In this document: piece by piece, positions 59,880-64,000 of the stretch
Layout: every line of letters begins with the position of its first letter
Numbering within the stretch: the first letter of the stretch is position 1
Assembly (NCBI GenBank): GCA_963824495.1
Contig: CAWGPQ010000017.1
Location: 74,246 to 138,245 of the forward strand
Source: an uncultured bacterium
GTDB taxonomy: Bacteria > Babelota > Babeliae > Babelales > Babelaceae
Direction: 5' to 3'
Length of the DNA: 64,000 bases
Translations under genes and position numbers: made by a program
Notes under the pieces: model-generated
Databases searched by the model: none
Told to the model about the DNA's origin: nothing
The model's input: only the letters and a program-made list of their open reading frames with translations

Positions 59880-60605
59880 TTACAATAGGGAGGTTTCTTC
59901 TTGAGTAGTATGCTCTTTTATATGTTGTCTAATAGCATCTTCATGATCACGGAACAGATCAAGCACCTTTTGATTTGCTTGAACAGCGCTATCACTAATT
60001 TGTTTTATGGTGCTATATACGCTTTGTTCAAGCTTCTTGCGTGCTGCGCGATAGAGGACTTTATCATCTTCATTAACAAAATTAAAATAACGATCGACTT
60101 GCATAAACCAAGACCCAAAGTTATCTATGCTCCACACATCTTGTTGGTGAGGGTTAGATAGGTTAAATTCTTTTTCAAGCTCTGTTTCAATTGCCTTGCA
60201 ACTCAGCGTAAGCCTTTCACGCATGCTTGTTTGTACTGAGTCATTGAATTGTGCATCCATAGCAGACCAATGGATGCGAACTTGATCAAGAATATCTATG
60301 GGAAGTAATACTTCATAAGGCTCAAATGCTAAAGCAAATGGTCCGGTTATTTCATCGTATTCGTTATCTTGCAATCCAAGAATTTCTCGCAATTGCTTTT
60401 TCTGATTTTCCAATTGTGCTTGTAGATCAAGTAATTGATCAGAGACTAAAGAATGCAATCCACTAGTAGGGCTGTCTGATACCTCGAGCACAGGAGCAAC
60501 TTCTTTCTGCCACTCGGCAAAATCACTGCTCAAATCATGGTAAGCATATGCAGGTATTGACAAAAGCAAAGCCACTACTAAAAAACTATGTCGTGTATAT
60601 TTCAC
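59880..60605 (-). CDS. Exported acidic helical hypothetical protein, tandem paralog
   Basis: Shared HDLSxDFAxW, QLREILxL, SCKAxETxLExEFNLS, SWFxQVD, HIKEHxTQEET. Confidence 0.8.
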   Translation of the reverse strand: MKYTRHSFLVVALLLSIPAYAYHDLSSDFAEWQKEVAPVLEVSDSPTSGLHSLVSDQLLDLQAQLENQKKQLREILGLQDNEYDEITGPFALAFEPYEVLLPIDILDQVRIHWSAMDAQFNDSVQTSMRERLTLSCKAIETELEKEFNLSNPHQQDVWSIDNFGSWFMQVDRYFNFVNEDDKVLYRAARKKLEQSVYSTIKQISDSAVQANQKVLDLFRDHEDAIRQHIKEHTTQEETSLL

Positions 60606-60734
60606 CGCAAGTCCTGTTTTTAAGAGTTTTTAACAATAACGACAACTATTTGCAATTTTAGTATAACTACCAGAAAGAGCAAGAGCATAGTGACATGCTT
60701 TTTGGTTGCTTAAGAGAAAAGCATAGCGAAGCCG

Positions 60735-61169
60735 TTATCTAGAAGGATTACATCGATTAAGAAGAGATTTCAACGACTCTTGCAGCTCCCTATCTTTAAC
60801 ACACATAAGAGCACGCTGCTGTTCATAGGTCAAAAGACTTGATCTAATATTTTGAGCTACTGGTGTTTCTCCACGTATAGGCTTTGGGCTCGGCCGCCGC
60901 TCAATAAGCCTAAAGCGAACTTTAACTATGCGTTGATGTCCCAAACTTTTATTAACACTACGAATAATAGTATTGGAAAGCAGAAATAACTCATGCATCC
61001 AATGAGAGTCATAAACTCCCAAGATTAACGTATCTTCATGAACTTGTTCAAGCCGCATACGTACAGCAAGATTGCCAACAATTATATTCCAATTATGGAG
61101 CAAGAATCGACGCCAGTCACTCTCAACAGAAAGTAATGATTCGAGAATAGGTTTAATACCTGTTAACAT
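60735..61169 (-). CDS. DciA (DUF721) family helicase-operating protein
   Basis: NWNIIVG, LILGV.DSHWMHEL, IIRSVN..LG...IVKVRF pattern. Confidence 0.75.
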   Translation of the reverse strand: MLTGIKPILESLLSVESDWRRFLLHNWNIIVGNLAVRMRLEQVHEDTLILGVYDSHWMHELFLLSNTIIRSVNKSLGHQRIVKVRFRLIERRPSPKPIRGETPVAQNIRSSLLTYEQQRALMCVKDRELQESLKSLLNRCNPSR

Positions 61170-61351
61170 ATACGAGTACTAAATAATAAGCATGCACACA
61201 AGGTTTTTCATACGGATACTACCAAGTCTAGCACCATTTTTACAGGAAACAAGATACGCAAAATAACATATCTATGTAGTTTTGATCGATGTCAGTATAT
61301 TGTTAGTATACTGACTGTATAATGGGTATAAAGATCACATAAGAAGAGCTC

Positions 61352-63913
61352 ATGACTATATATCAAGCAAGTACCAAAACAGTTGAAGAAGTTGAAAAAC
61401 TGCTTAAGTCTTCACTCACGCAGGGTCTTTCTTCAGATCAAGCAGCTCAGCGCGAGCAAGAATACCAAGCTGCTCGTATCGGCCCTTCATATGTAAGCAG
61501 TTGGTCGCTCTTATACAGGCAATTCAGATCGCCGTTTATTTATTTGTTGGTCGCTTCATCGCTTATTTCGTTCTTTCTAGGCGACTATACGAACAGTGTT
61601 ATGATTCTGGTTATTCTTTTGCTGAATGCGCTCTTGAGCTTTTTTCAAGAATATCGCGCAGAACAGGCATTACGGATACTGAGGGGTTATATAGGCACCC
61701 AAAATAAAGTTCTGCGCGATGGCATGCTCATTTTTATCAAAAGCACCGATATCGTTCCTGGTGATATTGTTGTGTTGGAAGCTGGTGATGCTATACCTGC
61801 AGATATACGTTTTATTAAAGCATATAATCTTATGATTGATGAATCATCGCTTACAGGAGAATCAGCACCCGTAGCAAAGACTACTCAAGTGCTTATCTCT
61901 ACACCCAAAACACCTCAAGATACCAGCAATAGTGGATTTTTGGGTACTACCGTAACAAGCGGAAAGGGAACAGGTATTGTTATCGCTATTGGCAATCAAA
62001 CATCTTTTGGCGAAATTAGCCAGTTAACCACACAAACTATTCGTGAAAGTGGATTTCACAAAAATATTCTACGTTTTAGTCAATTCATGCTTGCGCTTGT
62101 TGTCATAACATTACTTGGCGTTTTTATTTTTAATCTTGTTCTTAAAGGTCCAGAAAATATCGTAAATTTATTACTGTTTTCGGTAGCGTTAGCCGTGAGC
62201 ATTACACCTGAAGCACTGCCGGTTATAACAACCTTTTCATTAACGCGTGGCGCATTGCTTCTTGCTCGGCAGCAGGTAATTGTAAAGCGTCTTTCAGCTA
62301 TTGAAGATATGGGAAGTATCGATCTTTTGTGCACTGATAAAACAGGAACGCTTACTGAAAATATATTAAAAGTTGCTGACACGTATAGCTATCAGCAAGA
62401 AAATCCCTTATTTTATGCAGTACTTGGCACATCAGTACATGCAAAACAGACGTCGTTGGATCCTTTTAACACAGCCTTATGGCAAGCTCTCGATCAACAC
62501 GATCAACAAACAGCACAGCAAGCTGCTCAAGCTGTCCTAATCAATATACTGCCATTTTCTTCTGAGATTTTGCATACGACGGTACTCGTGAACTATGAAC
62601 AGCGTTATATACTGGTCGCACGGGGAGTGTATGAAAAAATTATGCCTATGCTGAGTGAAATTTCTCAACAAGATCAACGTAGTATCGATACCTGGATAAG
62701 CAACCAAGAGCGTAATGGTAAGCGGGCGCTTGTAATTGCTTATAAGTATGTAGCTAATCCCATTATTGATCTTGCTCATGAGGAGCATGATTTAAAACTT
62801 GCAGGGATGGTTTCTTTTGAAGATCCTATAAAAAAAACAGTAAGTTCTGCGCTAGCTAAAGCTCGAACTTTGGGTATTACCATTAAAATATTAACAGGTG
62901 ATAGTAAAGATGTTGCGACAGCAATAGCGCGTCAAATTGGACTTATAACTGCTGAAGACCAAGTCATAACAGGTGAGCAGTTTAGCAAACTGAGTTTTGA
63001 TCGCAAGCAAAAGCAGATAGAAAACGTAGTGATTTTTGCACGTGTTTCACCGCAACAAAAATATGAGATTGTGAGCATGCTCAAAAAAAATCATGTAATT
63101 GGTTTTTTGGGCGATGGTATTAATGACGCACCAGCGCTCAAGGCTGCTCAAGTCGGCATAGCAGTACATACTGCTGTTGCTCTCGCTCAGGATGCAGCTG
63201 ACATTATTCTTTTGAAAAAGAGCTTACATGTTATCGTTAATGGTATTGAGACCGGGAGGATCGTCTTTGCCAATACGGTCAAGTACATAAAAACTACCCT
63301 TTCAACAAATATAGGCAATTTTTATTCAATAGCACTCTCATCTTTTTTTATCCCTTTTTTGCCCTTGTTGCCCTTGCAGATTCTCCTGATCAATCTTATT
63401 GCTGATTTTCCCATGATTGCTATCTCTACCGATACGACTGATCGTGTTGATATAGTTCGGCCGGGCTCATATAACTTTCAGGAATTGCTCTTTACGATTC
63501 TTCTGTTTGCTCCCGTAAGCAGCCTGTACGATTTTGTCTTTTTTGGCTTTTTTTATCACAAAGACCCGGCAGTTTTACAAACTAATTGGTTTATCGAAAG
63601 CTGTTTGACAGGTATTATTGTCATCTTTTCCCTTCGAACACGCTATGTTTGTTTCAAAAGCCAACGACCTTCAGTACAACTTATAAGTCTCGCTATTCTT
63701 GCGTCCGCTCTAGCCCTTGTTTTACCGTATACTGCGCTTGGACAGAGGTTATTCAGTTTTATTACCCCTTCAGCATACGATGTAGCGCTCGTCATAGTTA
63801 TCGTACTAGCCTATTTCATAACCAATGAGATAATCAAGTTATTCTACTATTATTATCGCAATTCAACTCAACAAAAAAATCATAATCAGCAGCGTCATGC
63901 ACGAGCACCATGA
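61352..63913 (+). CDS. P-type cation-transporting ATPase, probably Mg2+-importing (MgtA-like)
   Basis: LTGES, PEAL, DKTGTLT, TGD, GDGINDAP, QTNWFIES. Confidence 0.85.
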   Translation: MTIYQASTKTVEEVEKLLKSSLTQGLSSDQAAQREQEYQAARIGPSYVSSWSLLYRQFRSPFIYLLVASSLISFFLGDYTNSVMILVILLLNALLSFFQEYRAEQALRILRGYIGTQNKVLRDGMLIFIKSTDIVPGDIVVLEAGDAIPADIRFIKAYNLMIDESSLTGESAPVAKTTQVLISTPKTPQDTSNSGFLGTTVTSGKGTGIVIAIGNQTSFGEISQLTTQTIRESGFHKNILRFSQFMLALVVITLLGVFIFNLVLKGPENIVNLLLFSVALAVSITPEALPVITTFSLTRGALLLARQQVIVKRLSAIEDMGSIDLLCTDKTGTLTENILKVADTYSYQQENPLFYAVLGTSVHAKQTSLDPFNTALWQALDQHDQQTAQQAAQAVLINILPFSSEILHTTVLVNYEQRYILVARGVYEKIMPMLSEISQQDQRSIDTWISNQERNGKRALVIAYKYVANPIIDLAHEEHDLKLAGMVSFEDPIKKTVSSALAKARTLGITIKILTGDSKDVATAIARQIGLITAEDQVITGEQFSKLSFDRKQKQIENVVIFARVSPQQKYEIVSMLKKNHVIGFLGDGINDAPALKAAQVGIAVHTAVALAQDAADIILLKKSLHVIVNGIETGRIVFANTVKYIKTTLSTNIGNFYSIALSSFFIPFLPLLPLQILLINLIADFPMIAISTDTTDRVDIVRPGSYNFQELLFTILLFAPVSSLYDFVFFGFFYHKDPAVLQTNWFIESCLTGIIVIFSLRTRYVCFKSQRPSVQLISLAILASALALVLPYTALGQRLFSFITPSAYDVALVIVIVLAYFITNEIIKLFYYYYRNSTQQKNHNQQRHARAP

Positions 63914-64000
63914 GTTTTTAACATATCCGCAATCTCTTTTAGGCCTTTTTCTTGTGCCCACCATAAGGCGGTACGCCCCTTGCTATCAGCTTTATTAATA
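63895..64000 (-). CDS. 3' end of an ankyrin-repeat gene (5' part outside the window)
   Basis: Manual translation INKADSKGRTALWWAQEKGLKEIADMLKTHGARA*. Confidence 0.75.
   Translation of the reverse strand, partial: INKADSKGRTALWWAQEKGLKEIADMLKTHGARA

Overview
AT-rich bacterial chromosome segment with no rRNA, tRNA or CRISPR array visible. By inference it comes from an intracellular parasite of protists such as Candidatus Dependentiae/Babelota (TM6), based on about 10 ankyrin genes, many signal-peptide orphans, an H+/Na+-PPase and a Chlamydia-type class Ic RNR. Intact housekeeping genes (gpmI, rsmE, tsaB, ruvX, murE, cfa, hppA, nrdAB, pgi-zwf-gnd, radA, PBP1A, murG, dciA, P-type ATPase) alternate with decaying accessory loci (TnpB, MNT-HEPN, DUF5674 pair, AlbA_2/RecG-like, three broken ankyrin genes). 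Top candidates for novelty: (1) a 7TM-GAF-PAS-degenerate AAA+-Fis HTH membrane one-component regulator divergent from three paralogous exported peptides sharing a (F/L)P(P/S)GT core, a putative peptide-signalling cassette; (2) a family of Sec-signal ankyrin proteins with C-terminal F-box-like motifs; (3) a family of tiny bulged-hairpin insertions (one nested) riddling a tnpB gene; (4) a cluster of exported low-complexity/repeat and Cys-rich proteins with exported thioredoxins. Family assignments come from motif recognition by eye; no database searches were run.
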